A DNA stretch of 64,000 nucleotides from Candidatus Bathyarchaeota archaeon (GTDB lineage Archaea > Thermoproteota > Bathyarchaeia > Bathyarchaeales > Bathycorpusculaceae). The position numbers and the translations under genes were made by a program. The stretch's first letter is position 1. Each line of letters opens with the position of its first letter. The stretch covers positions 480,001 to 544,000 of the forward strand of contig CAWHDT010000005.1 of the NCBI GenBank assembly GCA_963828195.1, given 5' to 3'. Of the stretch, positions 1-9,461 are shown one piece after another. A model generated the notes under the pieces. The model saw only the letters and a program-made list of their open reading frames with translations, searched no databases and was not told the DNA's origin.

Positions 1-1422
1 GGTTTCTCGGTAGATGACGATTGGCTTGCTAAGTTTTACTTTTAAGCCTGCTTCCTGCATACGGTAAGCTGTGATTTCAAGGTGGAGCTCACCCATGCCT
101 GATAAGAGGAATTCGCCGCTTTCTTTATTCATGACGAAATGCAGGTTAGGGTCTTCCGTTGTAAGCTTATGCATGACTTTATCGAATAAAGGCAGGTCTT
201 TGACGTCTTCAGGCTCGACAGCTACGGTTACAACCGGGTCAGAAACGTATCTTAAGCCCTCAAACGAATGTACATCTGCACCTTCTTCAGCAACAGTTTC
301 GCCTACATGTATTGATGGTAAACCTGAGATTGCTCCAATGTTACCTGCTGGAACACGGTCAATAAGAACACGGTCAGTTGCCATACTCATGAAAACCTGT
401 TGAATAGTGCCTTTCTGGTTACTGCTTAACAGTTGGACAGTTTTTCCTCGCTCAACTGAGCCGCTGAAAATTCTGCCAATCGCAACAGTTCCGCTATGTG
501 GATCAACTTCAATGGTTGATATGCACATTAGCAAAGGAGCTTTAGGATCAACTTTTGCCATTCCTTGACCTGTCGGACTGTCAACGTCTCCTGGCCAAAT
601 CTGTGGCTGTCTATACGGTTGTGCTTCGTAGGGATTAGGTAAGTGTTTGCAGAACATATCCAAAATCGGTTCTGGCAGCGGCGCTTTTTTACTTAATTCA
701 TCAACTTTTCTTCCAACTTCTATTGGATCGCCAGTGTATGCGTCGATAATGTCTTGGAAAGTGACTTTCTTTAATTTCATATGATCAAGATTTAAACCCC
801 ATTTGTGCAGTGCAGAGCCGAACGCAACGCGGCTATCTTCTATTTTGACTTGCCAGTCTTGTTTGTGCTCTTTAGGCGCATACCGCTCAATTAAAGTGTT
901 TATTCTCAAGAGAATCTTAGCAAATTTCTTTTGGATCTCTTGAGGTGTAAGTTTGATTTCTTTTATTAACCGATCAACTTTATTGATGAATAGAATTGGT
1001 TTAACACGTTCTCGAAGGGCCTGCATCAAAACGGTTTCTGTTTGAGTCATGGGTCCTTCCACAGCATCTACAACCACAAGTGCACCGTCGACTGCTCTGA
1101 GACTTCTTGTTACAGCACCGGAAAAGTCAATGTGTCCGGGTGTGTCGATGAGGTTTATGAGGTAATCTTGATTATTGTATGTGTGGACTAAGCTGACGTT
1201 TGAGGCGAAAACGGTCATTTGACGTTTCTGCTCAAGATCCCATGAGTCGAGGAAAAGTTTTTGCCCAGCAGTTTGGGTGCTTATTATTCCTGCGGCTGCA
1301 AGTAAACTGTCGGCAAGTGTGGTTTTTCCGTGGTCCACATGTGCGATGATGCTGGTGTTCCTGATGAACATTGGAGTTTCCATCAACTTCACAATTTCGT
1401 CTGTTTGCCTATAACGCGCCAT
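1..1422 (-). CDS. fusA: Translation elongation factor EF-2 family GTPase (N-terminal part; runs off the window start)
   Basis: Manual reading of the minus strand from ATG at 1422: MARYRQTDEIVKLME..IIAHVDHGKTT (G1), EQKRQMT (G2), LIDTPGH (G3), FINKVDR (G4). Absent from the ORF track because the stop lies outside the window. Confidence 0.95.
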   Translation of the reverse strand, partial: MARYRQTDEIVKLMETPMFIRNTSIIAHVDHGKTTLADSLLAAAGIISTQTAGQKLFLDSWDLEQKRQMTVFASNVSLVHTYNNQDYLINLIDTPGHIDFSGAVTRSLRAVDGALVVVDAVEGPMTQTETVLMQALRERVKPILFINKVDRLIKEIKLTPQEIQKKFAKILLRINTLIERYAPKEHKQDWQVKIEDSRVAFGSALHKWGLNLDHMKLKKVTFQDIIDAYTGDPIEVGRKVDELSKKAPLPEPILDMFCKHLPNPYEAQPYRQPQIWPGDVDSPTGQGMAKVDPKAPLLMCISTIEVDPHSGTVAIGRIFSGSVERGKTVQLLSSNQKGTIQQVFMSMATDRVLIDRVPAGNIGAISGLPSIHVGETVAEEGADVHSFEGLRYVSDPVVTVAVEPEDVKDLPLFDKVMHKLTTEDPNLHFVMNKESGEFLLSGMGELHLEITAYRMQEAGLKVKLSKPIVIYRET

Positions 1423-1635
1423 ACTACTCAATCTCCATTTTCATGATGTTGGTAACTTTCAATGTATGTTTTTTAATTATATCTGGCATTTAGTGAACAC
1501 TCAAATGTGATAAACTACATGGAAAGCGAATTTGTAGCCTATTAACCTTATGGCAAACTTTCACAGAACCTTTCGGAAAAAAACAGGTGTGAATCGGGCT
1601 TTTTCGGGGTTTTTTCAAGGTTGATTTTTGCGCGA

Positions 1636-1812
1636 ATTTTTAAGTTGCGACTTTTGCCCTGTGAAAGTTGCGACTTTCCGCTCTGGGTCTTTGCGTTTTG
1701 GGTTGCTTTTTTGGTTTGGGGTTTGAAGGGCTTGGCGAGCTGCGACTTTGGGATGGGCGGAATGCGACTTTGAATGTTGACTCTATGTAGGCGACATTGT
1801 CGGATATGGGCG
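1636..1812. repeat. Dispersed ~180-bp element, copy 1 (four GTTGCGACTTT-like boxes)
   Basis: Boxes start at 1644, 1667, 1739 and 1761. Aligns by eye with 18819-18956 and 36321-36497. Confidence 0.9.
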
Positions 1813-1931
1813 AATTCTCAGCAGCAACCCAGAACCCAAACGTCACAGCTAAAACACCCAACAAACCTGCAGAGGCTTCATCGGAAAACTTGAGCACTCA
1901 GTGCGGATTTAGATTCACACTATAGAATGCA

Positions 1932-1979
1932 CAGCCTCCTAAGTTGGGGTCAAGGGTTCAAATCCCGCCTTGCCCGCCA
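1932..1979 (+). pseudogene. Degenerate 3' half of tRNA-Arg(CCT), att-like remnant
   Basis: cagcct-CCT-aagttgg...gggTTCAAATccc...gcccgCCA. No matching 5' acceptor strand upstream. Confidence 0.75.
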
Positions 1980-2152
1980 AGAGCCAATTTAGGCAATTTC
2001 AGCCAATTATGCGGCCTTCAAGTCCTCAACGAAATACTAAGAGCATCCATAATGTTTCCTGGCAACTATTTCTTCAACGTAATAATCCTTAACAAATCTA
2101 GGCTTAAATACCCGAAAATGACATTCCATAAACAACAGAAGATGAAGACCGG

Positions 2153-3019
2153 GTGCCTGCTTTAGAACTGAATAATATTTCTTCAGGTTATAATAAGCAG
2201 TTAGTGTTGCATGATATTAGCTTTAAACTGCAAGAGCCATCAATCTACGTTGTTTTAGGGCCAAACGGCGTGGGCAAGACAACTTTGTTTAGGACAATCG
2301 CGGGTATTCTGGAGCCATTTAGCGGCAATATTCTCCTTGACGGACAAAACCTAACTAGCTCACGTGAAGCCCGAAAAAAGCTGAGTTTCTTCTCCCAGAA
2401 CGCAATGCCTGAAGAGATGACAGTGTACCAGGCACTCAAGTTCTATTCCAACATGGAGGGCGGAGACCCAGACAAGGCAATTGAATTGCTCGACCTCGGC
2501 GAACTGAGGGATAAACGATTTTCAGATCTTTCTCAGGGACAAAAGAAGAGGGCGTCACTAGCGAAAGTGTTTTTGTGCGAAAGAGACCTCTACCTATTAG
2601 ATGAACCCACGGCAAATCTGGACCCCGTAGTTTCAAAAGAAATTCGTGATATTATATTAAAGCTAAGCAAGGACAAAATGATTCTGTACTCATCCCATAA
2701 TCTTTATGAAGCCACCGACATCGGCACTTACCTGATCCTAATCAAAAATGGCTCAGTTTCAACGTTTGATAAAATCTCAAACATCAAACCCAAGAATTAC
2801 CGTGTAGGCATCAAAACCCAAACGGACATAACAAAAATTGTCGATGCCAAACGCGAGGGCGACTACTACGTCTTAAGCGTATCCAGCCCTCAAGAAGCAG
2901 GACTTACCCTCAAAAAACTCGTTGAAAAAGGCGTCTTAGTTACCGAAATGCGCCAATTAGATAATCCATTGCAGGAACTATTTGAAACACCCAGCACTCA
3001 AAACACAGTGAGGGCATGA
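2153..3019 (+). CDS. ABC-2 type exporter ATP-binding subunit
   Basis: GPNGVGKT Walker A, LSQGQ signature, LLDEPT Walker B, SSH switch. Confidence 0.9.
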   Translation: MPALELNNISSGYNKQLVLHDISFKLQEPSIYVVLGPNGVGKTTLFRTIAGILEPFSGNILLDGQNLTSSREARKKLSFFSQNAMPEEMTVYQALKFYSNMEGGDPDKAIELLDLGELRDKRFSDLSQGQKKRASLAKVFLCERDLYLLDEPTANLDPVVSKEIRDIILKLSKDKMILYSSHNLYEATDIGTYLILIKNGSVSTFDKISNIKPKNYRVGIKTQTDITKIVDAKREGDYYVLSVSSPQEAGLTLKKLVEKGVLVTEMRQLDNPLQELFETPSTQNTVRA

Positions 3020-3022
3020 GAA

Positions 3023-3704
3023 ATGAACAATACGTTGGTTTTTGTAAAGCGTAGCCTCAACCTAAGTAAAATACTGGCGGGGGTGGGAGTGGGTCTTGCA
3101 GGCCTCGGGATCTTTGTGATATTTACCCTATCTCTTCTCGTGGGAAGTTCAAGTGCGGCGGTCTTTGTCCTTCCGGTCTCATTTATGTCTCTTGCGCTTC
3201 TAATTTTTGCAACCCCGGTTACACTTCTTTACGTTTATGATAAGAACAACGGTGTGTTGGAGTATTTGCTTTCTCTCGGGTGGAATCAAAGCGATATCTT
3301 CAAGCAATACCTGAAAGCCGCTCTCCTCCTTGCACTAATCCTCTTCACAGGCGAAGCCGCCGCGATTCTGATTGCAGGTGCCATTGCGGGGTTAATGGCG
3401 GTCTTTGCTTTGGATTTGTTGATGATGTTTCTAACGGCATTTATGGGTTTTTCAGTGGTTTCGTTGGTTACTGTGGCAATGATGGCTTTTAGCACGTTAC
3501 AGAAGCAACGAGTGGGCGCTAACACTCCTCTCGGCATGGCGATTGGCGTCCCGTTCATATTTCCCACCTTTTACCTTTCTTTCCCTCGGATTCAGCCCAG
3601 AACTGATAATTTACCTATTGCTTTGCACTTTAGCCGCTGCCCTGTCAGTTGCGTTGCTGCTTCTCTCAAGCAGGCTTATTAGAAGAGAAAAAATGCTACC
3701 CTGA
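3023..3704 (+). pseudogene. ABC-2 type permease, frameshifted near 3575-3582
   Basis: Multi-TM protein with a DKNNGVLEYLLS motif. The hydrophobic C-terminus (SLGFSPELIIYLLLCTLAAALSVALLLLSSRLIRREKMLP*) continues in another frame to TGA at 3704. Confidence 0.75.
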
Positions 3705-3789
3705 AAAGTTACTATTGAATTTCTTGCGCTTCACCAACTATGACGGTAAATATTCTGGCCACTTAGCGCATACCTACCCGAGGGTTAAG

Positions 3790-3818
3790 CGAGGGTTCAT
3801 AGCTATCCCCGCCCGCCA
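3790..3818 (+). repeat. Highly degenerate tRNA-Arg 3'-end remnant
   Basis: cgagggttca...ccccgcccgcca matches the T-arm and acceptor part of 4741-4789. Confidence 0.65.
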
Positions 3819-3860
3819 TTGCCTTTTCGGCTGCTTTCCTTTTGTAAAAGCGCTTAGAGT

Positions 3861-4352
3861 TCATTTAATGATGGAATTGAGGTAACTATGGTATTCTTTA
3901 ACGGCATCATCCGGAAAAGGGGTGACTACTACGATTTCTTTAACTTTGGCAAGTTCCCTGTCCAGCGAGTAGACAACGGTTGTACCTAGGCTTCTAGCAA
4001 GCGAAATCAGGTATCCGTCCCAAGATTCTACGTCATACGTCGAGGCGTAATCTAGAGCGTCTGTAGCCAGATGTGTCGAAATATGAGGATAAAGAGCGGC
4101 TGATCCAGATGTGAGGATTCCCTCCATTATCTTCTTGGCGGTTAATCTTGGAACTCTTAAGTATCGAGTAGTTATGTGGTAAGCTCCCAGAATGGAGGAA
4201 ACTGGAATTACCGCTCTCCTTTTTTCCTTTAATGCTTCTGAAAGAAAGGTTATGCTGTAATCTTTGAGAGGGTTCTCGAAACAGCAGGGAACCACAACGC
4301 CAATATCGACGACGCCTTCAGGACAAGCCAAGCTTTCTTCTCGCGTATTCAC
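3861..4352 (-). CDS. vapC: PIN-domain (VapC-like) toxin, copy 1; real start probably TTG at 4331
   Basis: N-terminal VVD, central SWDGY and C-terminal YSLDREL PIN motifs. Overlaps the upstream AbrB-type antitoxin. Confidence 0.85.
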   Translation of the reverse strand: MNTREESLACPEGVVDIGVVVPCCFENPLKDYSITFLSEALKEKRRAVIPVSSILGAYHITTRYLRVPRLTAKKIMEGILTSGSAALYPHISTHLATDALDYASTYDVESWDGYLISLARSLGTTVVYSLDRELAKVKEIVVVTPFPDDAVKEYHSYLNSIIK

Positions 4353-4611
4353 GGCTCATCCACTTCCAGCTTTCTGTAGACTGTTCAGTGAAAGCTTGTG
4401 CTTTAAAATTCCTTGAAAGGTTCTCCCAATCTTGCACTTTTTTTTCTACATCTTTTTTCAGTGGTTCAAGTATGACTCGTTGGCCATCGATTCGCAGTGT
4501 TATTTGTCCCCCTTGCTTAATTCCAAAAGTTTCTCTTACTCGGGCAGGCAACACCATCCTTCCCTGTTCAGCCACTTTTATGGCATTTTCCATCTTTACC
4601 ACCACAAACAA
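4318..4611 (-). CDS. vapB: AbrB/MazE-fold antitoxin, copy 1
   Basis: KVAEQGRMVLPARVRETFGIKQG swapped-hairpin signature. Confidence 0.88.
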   Translation of the reverse strand: MFVVVKMENAIKVAEQGRMVLPARVRETFGIKQGGQITLRIDGQRVILEPLKKDVEKKVQDWENLSRNFKAQAFTEQSTESWKWMSREYARRKLGLS

Positions 4612-4740
4612 TATCTTTCCTCAGGGCTATAAACTTTTTAACTCAGCAGTAACACCTTTTGGTTACTACATAGTCATTGCCGAATCGCTGTCATTTGATA
4701 TGGTAACGATATTGTTCGGCTTTTGAGATTAAATTGCATT

Positions 4741-4789
4741 CAGCCTTCTAAGTTGGGGGTCGAGGGTTCAAATCCCTCCCCGCCCGCCA
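4741..4789 (+). pseudogene. 3' half of tRNA-Arg(TCT) from anticodon arm to CCA, orphan att-like copy
   Basis: cagc-ctTCTaa-gttg anticodon arm, gaggg-TTCAAAT-ccctc T-arm, cccgccc-g-CCA. No D-arm or 5' acceptor strand. Confidence 0.85.
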
Positions 4790-4913
4790 CGAATACACCA
4801 CGCCCAGTGAGAGGGTTTTACATGCGTTTTCTGGAAGAGTAGATTTTTCTATGAAATGCCTCTGTTAATCCTTCATCTTTTTATAGTTATGTGTCGAGTA
4901 GAACGCGATACTC

Positions 4914-6938
4914 TTGTCTGTTAAGTTCAAAGCCAATAGCGAGGGTCAACAACCCGATTCATTAATTTTCAATTCTAATGATAATATTTGTGAAAAATGC
5001 ACTCCGAATAAAGCTGTCGAATCATTCACAAAAAAAAGTGACACACCCAAAACGCAGCCGCCCCCCGCAAAAAACGTTGAGAAGAAAATGCGGAAAAGGC
5101 GCTTGTCCGAATTATCAAATGCAGGTTCGACCCAAAGTTTTGAGCTTGAAGAGGATACAACAAATGGAAAAGTTACGCACAAGTATTTTTGCAGTTTTTC
5201 CGATCCTTACGACATAAAACGACTAATTGAAACTAAGTCATTTTCAAATTTTGAAAGTTTCAGGCTGCATTTGGAAGCCCGCGAAATGAAGCGCTCCGCC
5301 CAAATTGATAGATTAATTTCTGCGGACTCTCTGCGAGCGAAAATAGTGCCATACAGTTTTCAGATGCAAATTGCTCTTCAAGTGATAAACGAAATGAAGG
5401 GAAACGCTATACTTGCTGATGAAGTTGGCCTCGGCAAAACAATCGAGGCTGGCCTTATCATGAAAGAACTGATTTTAAGAGATGAAATAAACTCAATTCT
5501 AATTGTAGCTCCTAAAAGTCTGTTGTCGCAGTGGAAAACTGAAATGACTGAGAAATTTGGGGAAAACTTCTCTATAGCCAATAACCATAAAGTGGATCTG
5601 TGTACCGCCAAGAGAATAATTTGTTCACATAACCTTATTGCAAGGAAATATGATGAGTTTGCAAGTAGAACTTGGGATTTAATTGTAGTAGATGAAGCTC
5701 ACGCTTTTAGAAATCCTCACAGTAAGGGACGAAGCTGCTTGGCGGGGCTTAGCAAAAATCATTTCTTGCTTCTTACCGCCACACCCTTATGCAATAAACT
5801 AACCGACTTGTACAGCATTGTGGATTTAATTCAACCAGGCATCTTTGATAGTGAACGCTTGTTCGTTTCTCGATTTGCTGAAGACTCAAAGAGCCGGGTG
5901 GTAAAGCCGGAGGGAGCATTGCAGTTAAGGCAAATACTTCAAAATGTCATGTGCCGCACTCGAAGAGAACAAACCGGCATGTCGTTCACAAAACGATACG
6001 TTGACTCCAGAACACTCGAGGCCGACGAAAGAGAACGCGAATTCATTGACAAAGCCACCGAATACCTAAGAGACATTTACAAAAATAATTTCAAAACAAT
6101 TGAAACCTTAATGAGGGAAAATCCAACCAGAAAAATAACCGATTCCCAAAGCAAAGCAATCCTAGTCTTTCAGGCAATTGCTCTTCAGCAGTCATTTTCA
6201 AGTTCCCCCGAAGCCTCAATCGAATCATTACTAAGGAGACAGCAGCGCTTCCCTTCAGAAATCCAAGCTACAAATAAACTGATTGAAATTGCAAAACAGG
6301 CCAAAAGCTCAAAAATTAAACTCCTAAAACAGGTCCTCAATGAAATCCCAAATGAGCAAGCGCTAATATTTTGTCTAAGGAGAATTACAGCTCACAAGCT
6401 TAAAGAAATGCTATATCAGGAATTCGGCAGAGCCGCCGTCTTTTTAGGTGATATGAGCCAATGCGAAAGAGACAGCGTGATTTCATCATTCAAAAAAGGC
6501 GAAGTCAAATACCTCATCGCCACTGACTCTGCAGCAGAAGGATTGAACCTTCAGAATTGCTGTGTAATGTTCAATTATGATTTGCATTGGAACCCCATGA
6601 AAATCGAGCAGAGAATCGGGCGAATCCACAGATACAAACAGGACCGCGACGTCACTGTCTTCAACCTGAGCATAAAAGACACCATCGACGACTATGTCCT
6701 TCATATTCTATACCAAAAAATCGACTTATTCACCATGACTATCGGCAAAATGGAAACTGTTTTAGCTGAATTGAAAGAAGGGTCGCAGGACATTCAAAAA
6801 ACAATCATGGCCATTTTACTAAGAAGCAATTCCCACATTGACATTAGACGAGACCTCGAAAAACTTGCTGCCGACTTGAGCGTTTCGCGGAAAAATCAAG
6901 AGTTAGCAGAAAAATTTTCGCAAGGCGTTCTTGATTGA
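4914..6938 (+). CDS. SNF2/RapA-family SF2 helicase (YqhH-like)
   Basis: LADEVGLGKT, VVDEAH, LTATP, AEGLNLQ and WNPMKIEQRIGRIHR motifs. Confidence 0.92.
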   Translation: MSVKFKANSEGQQPDSLIFNSNDNICEKCTPNKAVESFTKKSDTPKTQPPPAKNVEKKMRKRRLSELSNAGSTQSFELEEDTTNGKVTHKYFCSFSDPYDIKRLIETKSFSNFESFRLHLEAREMKRSAQIDRLISADSLRAKIVPYSFQMQIALQVINEMKGNAILADEVGLGKTIEAGLIMKELILRDEINSILIVAPKSLLSQWKTEMTEKFGENFSIANNHKVDLCTAKRIICSHNLIARKYDEFASRTWDLIVVDEAHAFRNPHSKGRSCLAGLSKNHFLLLTATPLCNKLTDLYSIVDLIQPGIFDSERLFVSRFAEDSKSRVVKPEGALQLRQILQNVMCRTRREQTGMSFTKRYVDSRTLEADEREREFIDKATEYLRDIYKNNFKTIETLMRENPTRKITDSQSKAILVFQAIALQQSFSSSPEASIESLLRRQQRFPSEIQATNKLIEIAKQAKSSKIKLLKQVLNEIPNEQALIFCLRRITAHKLKEMLYQEFGRAAVFLGDMSQCERDSVISSFKKGEVKYLIATDSAAEGLNLQNCCVMFNYDLHWNPMKIEQRIGRIHRYKQDRDVTVFNLSIKDTIDDYVLHILYQKIDLFTMTIGKMETVLAELKEGSQDIQKTIMAILLRSNSHIDIRRDLEKLAADLSVSRKNQELAEKFSQGVLD

Positions 6939-8398
6939 GCACGGAATATTCGAACTCAAAGATTCGTACATTTATTGGATCGTTCGTTAAATCCAAAAAT
7001 GGAGAGTTAACTGAGCAGTCAAACGAAGTTTTTAGAGTAAAATACCCAAACCAAACAAGCAGCACAGAGTACACTTATGAGCCTTCAGTAGCACGAGAGA
7101 AAAAAATTCTTTTAATGGCGCCGGGAAGTCCAACGTTCCAGCACATTTTGGATGAATGTTTAGAAAACGGTGTTCTATGCCAAATTAAAGTAAACCCGAA
7201 AGGCGAATTGGAAACACTACTCAAAAACAACTTTAAAGATTCACCTTTTGATTGCCAAGATTGCCAAAAAGTGACAGCTGGCGATAAATCGTTTAGTGTT
7301 TGCGAGAAAACCCAACAGTGTTACCACCAAATAAACAATGGAAAAATCGTTTCAATAAAAGTTATTAAAAAAGAGCCAGCGAGATATTATCGACTTTATT
7401 TCTCCGCAGCATTCCGCAACAAATCGAGGCCAAGGAATGAAGAGTTGATTACATTTTTGATGGATGAAGCTGGAAATATTGTTGACGCTGAGGATTTTTA
7501 CGGAAAAAATATTTTGGATAATGAAGCGTTAGAGATTCAAGATTTTAAGGCGAAGCTTAACCCAGAGGTGTTTGATGAGTTAAAGTCTGTTGCAGACAAA
7601 AAAATGGCGGAAATTATAAAGGAAAAGTTGGTTCTCTTTGATTTACCTCTCAGTAAGGAGAAGGATGCTAAACTAAGAAGCTTCGATAAAAGACTTCGGC
7701 GGGAACGTCTTGAACAGGCAATTAATAGTAAATACGATTTTGACTCGCAGAAGTGGCAAGCTACCTACGAAGCGCTCATGAGAAAAGAAGAAGAATCACT
7801 AGCAACCTGCATAGACATAAAATTCATCAATCTGCTTGTAATCAACACAAATAAGGTTACCTTTGAAATAAGCCTTGATAACAACGCAACCGTACATTCA
7901 TCAATCATCTTAGGCATTAATCATACCGCGGAAGTTAACTGCCCAATCTGCCGAAATGATTTCTCTGAAGGTTATGCAACCGAAGATTCGTTCTACTGTT
8001 GCGGAAACTGCATTAGACAATCCATTGAGACAGGAAAAATTTATTCAAAAAAAGTGGCCCTAAAACTGGACGAAACATTGAATGAATATTTTGAGCAAGA
8101 CGAAGGTTTTGTCTGCTCAGTCTGCGGCAAGAGACACAGTCGCTTACTGGAATTCAAATGCAGCTATGACGATTCAAGCGTATGCATTTTTCATTATGAT
8201 TATTGCGATTTTTGTGGTGAAATTTTCTCAAAACTTAACTTAACTTCCACGCATGAATTCCAGCGAAAACTATGTCCAAAACACACCGTCAAATGTGAAA
8301 ACTGCAAAGCAGTTATTGGAGTTGACGAAGTCAAGGTTTGTCAAGTCACTGGCGAAAGACTTTGTGTCAACTGCATGGATAAGTCGAGGATGCATTAA
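6935..8398 (+). CDS. Helicase partner protein with coiled coil and Cys-rich multi-Zn-finger C-terminus (YqhG-like position)
   Basis: Overlaps the helicase stop. Many CxxC/CxxH pairs (CQDC, CPIC, CGNC, CSVC, CDFC, CPKH, CENC, CVNC). Confidence 0.8.
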   Translation: MSTEYSNSKIRTFIGSFVKSKNGELTEQSNEVFRVKYPNQTSSTEYTYEPSVAREKKILLMAPGSPTFQHILDECLENGVLCQIKVNPKGELETLLKNNFKDSPFDCQDCQKVTAGDKSFSVCEKTQQCYHQINNGKIVSIKVIKKEPARYYRLYFSAAFRNKSRPRNEELITFLMDEAGNIVDAEDFYGKNILDNEALEIQDFKAKLNPEVFDELKSVADKKMAEIIKEKLVLFDLPLSKEKDAKLRSFDKRLRRERLEQAINSKYDFDSQKWQATYEALMRKEEESLATCIDIKFINLLVINTNKVTFEISLDNNATVHSSIILGINHTAEVNCPICRNDFSEGYATEDSFYCCGNCIRQSIETGKIYSKKVALKLDETLNEYFEQDEGFVCSVCGKRHSRLLEFKCSYDDSSVCIFHYDYCDFCGEIFSKLNLTSTHEFQRKLCPKHTVKCENCKAVIGVDEVKVCQVTGERLCVNCMDKSRMH

Positions 8399-8399
8399 G

Positions 8400-9333
8400 A
8401 TGGGGACTTTGAGGTTTAACGGGGTTTTAGAAGAAATTAAAGAGCGATACCCAAACATCGATTTAATGCAGTTTCTACAACAGAAACTTCAGATTCCCGA
8501 CTACAAGGCAGAAAAATTGGCTGCCCGTATAGAAAAACAATTCTTCCAAAAAGAAACAAACAAAACTGAGCGAAAATATGTAAGAACAGTGTCGCAAAAA
8601 AACAGTAAATCCATGATTCCTTCAGAAACACGCGCTTATTCAGTTGATTGTCTTTCGGGGAAGGAATTTGAGTTTTTTATTGAGTGGCTGTTTGAAGAAC
8701 TAGGGTACGAGGTCCATTCGGAAAAGCATTCAACTTGTTTCGGGGTTGACTTTGTGGCTGCAAAGGATGGCGAGATTGTTGCCATTCATGCCCGAAGGTA
8801 TCCTAAAACTTACATGGTATCCGATTCTATTCTTTTAATGTCGCAGAACGCAAAGTGTACCTTTGGGTGTCAGAGGTCGATTGTATTAATCACCGCATAT
8901 TTTACGCCCCAAGCAATAGATGACGCTAAAAGGTTAAATGTCGAACTTTGGGACAAAGATAGCCTTACATGCAAAATTGATGAGGTAAGGAAAAAAGCTA
9001 CAGTGAAAGGGCAGTCTCGTTTTCCCCAGTTTACGGGGTCGCTTGCTCAAACTCTTTTAAAGTTTGAAGAAGCAGGAGATTTCATTATAGAACCCAAGGC
9101 AGCGGGAAAATTCGATTTGCATTTGACGGGAGTAAAATTTCCCTCTTTTAACCTTTCAAGTCCATGCTAATGAAGTCACTCGATGCGTCTACAGAATTAA
9201 AAACAACGGACCAGTTGGAGAACATGACGGCACAGTTTTGATTAACAGCGAGCGCGACAACAAAAGAATCGGCCCAAATGACACCAATGCATACGCATCA
9301 ATAATTCAGTATCTTGAGACATTTTTCACCTAA
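8400..9333 (+). CDS. Mrr-family (type IV restriction) endonuclease-like protein, frameshifted near 9140
   Basis: GKEFEFFIEWLFEELGY..GVDF..VAIHARRY..LITAYFTPQA..VELWD is the Mrr_cat pattern. The C-terminus continues in another frame to TAA at 9333. Likely start is ATG at 8400. Confidence 0.75.
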
Positions 9334-9461
9334 CCACCGATCACTGTAGCGGAGCTCAAATCTCTTCGTGCGCTTCCGTTTGCTCAATTTTGCCCATTGA
9401 AATTGTAAAATGCGGTGAAGGCTCTGCAAGGTTTTTATTTGCTCCTTGCAATGTAAAGTTG

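Noticed and set aside
1644-1771. GTTGCGACTTT boxes as a CRISPR array
   Set aside because: The repeat is only 11 bp, spacing is uneven, spacers are conserved between loci, and there are no cas genes.
1640-1897. ORFs 1640-1897, 18732-19022 and 36325-36603 sharing KPKKQPKTQ-like peptides
   Set aside because: They are translations of the dispersed repeat. Copy 2 uses a different frame and the N-termini are unrelated, so conservation is at the DNA level.
4741-4789. Functional tRNA-Arg gene
   Set aside because: No 5' acceptor strand or D-arm upstream. Kept only as a fragment.
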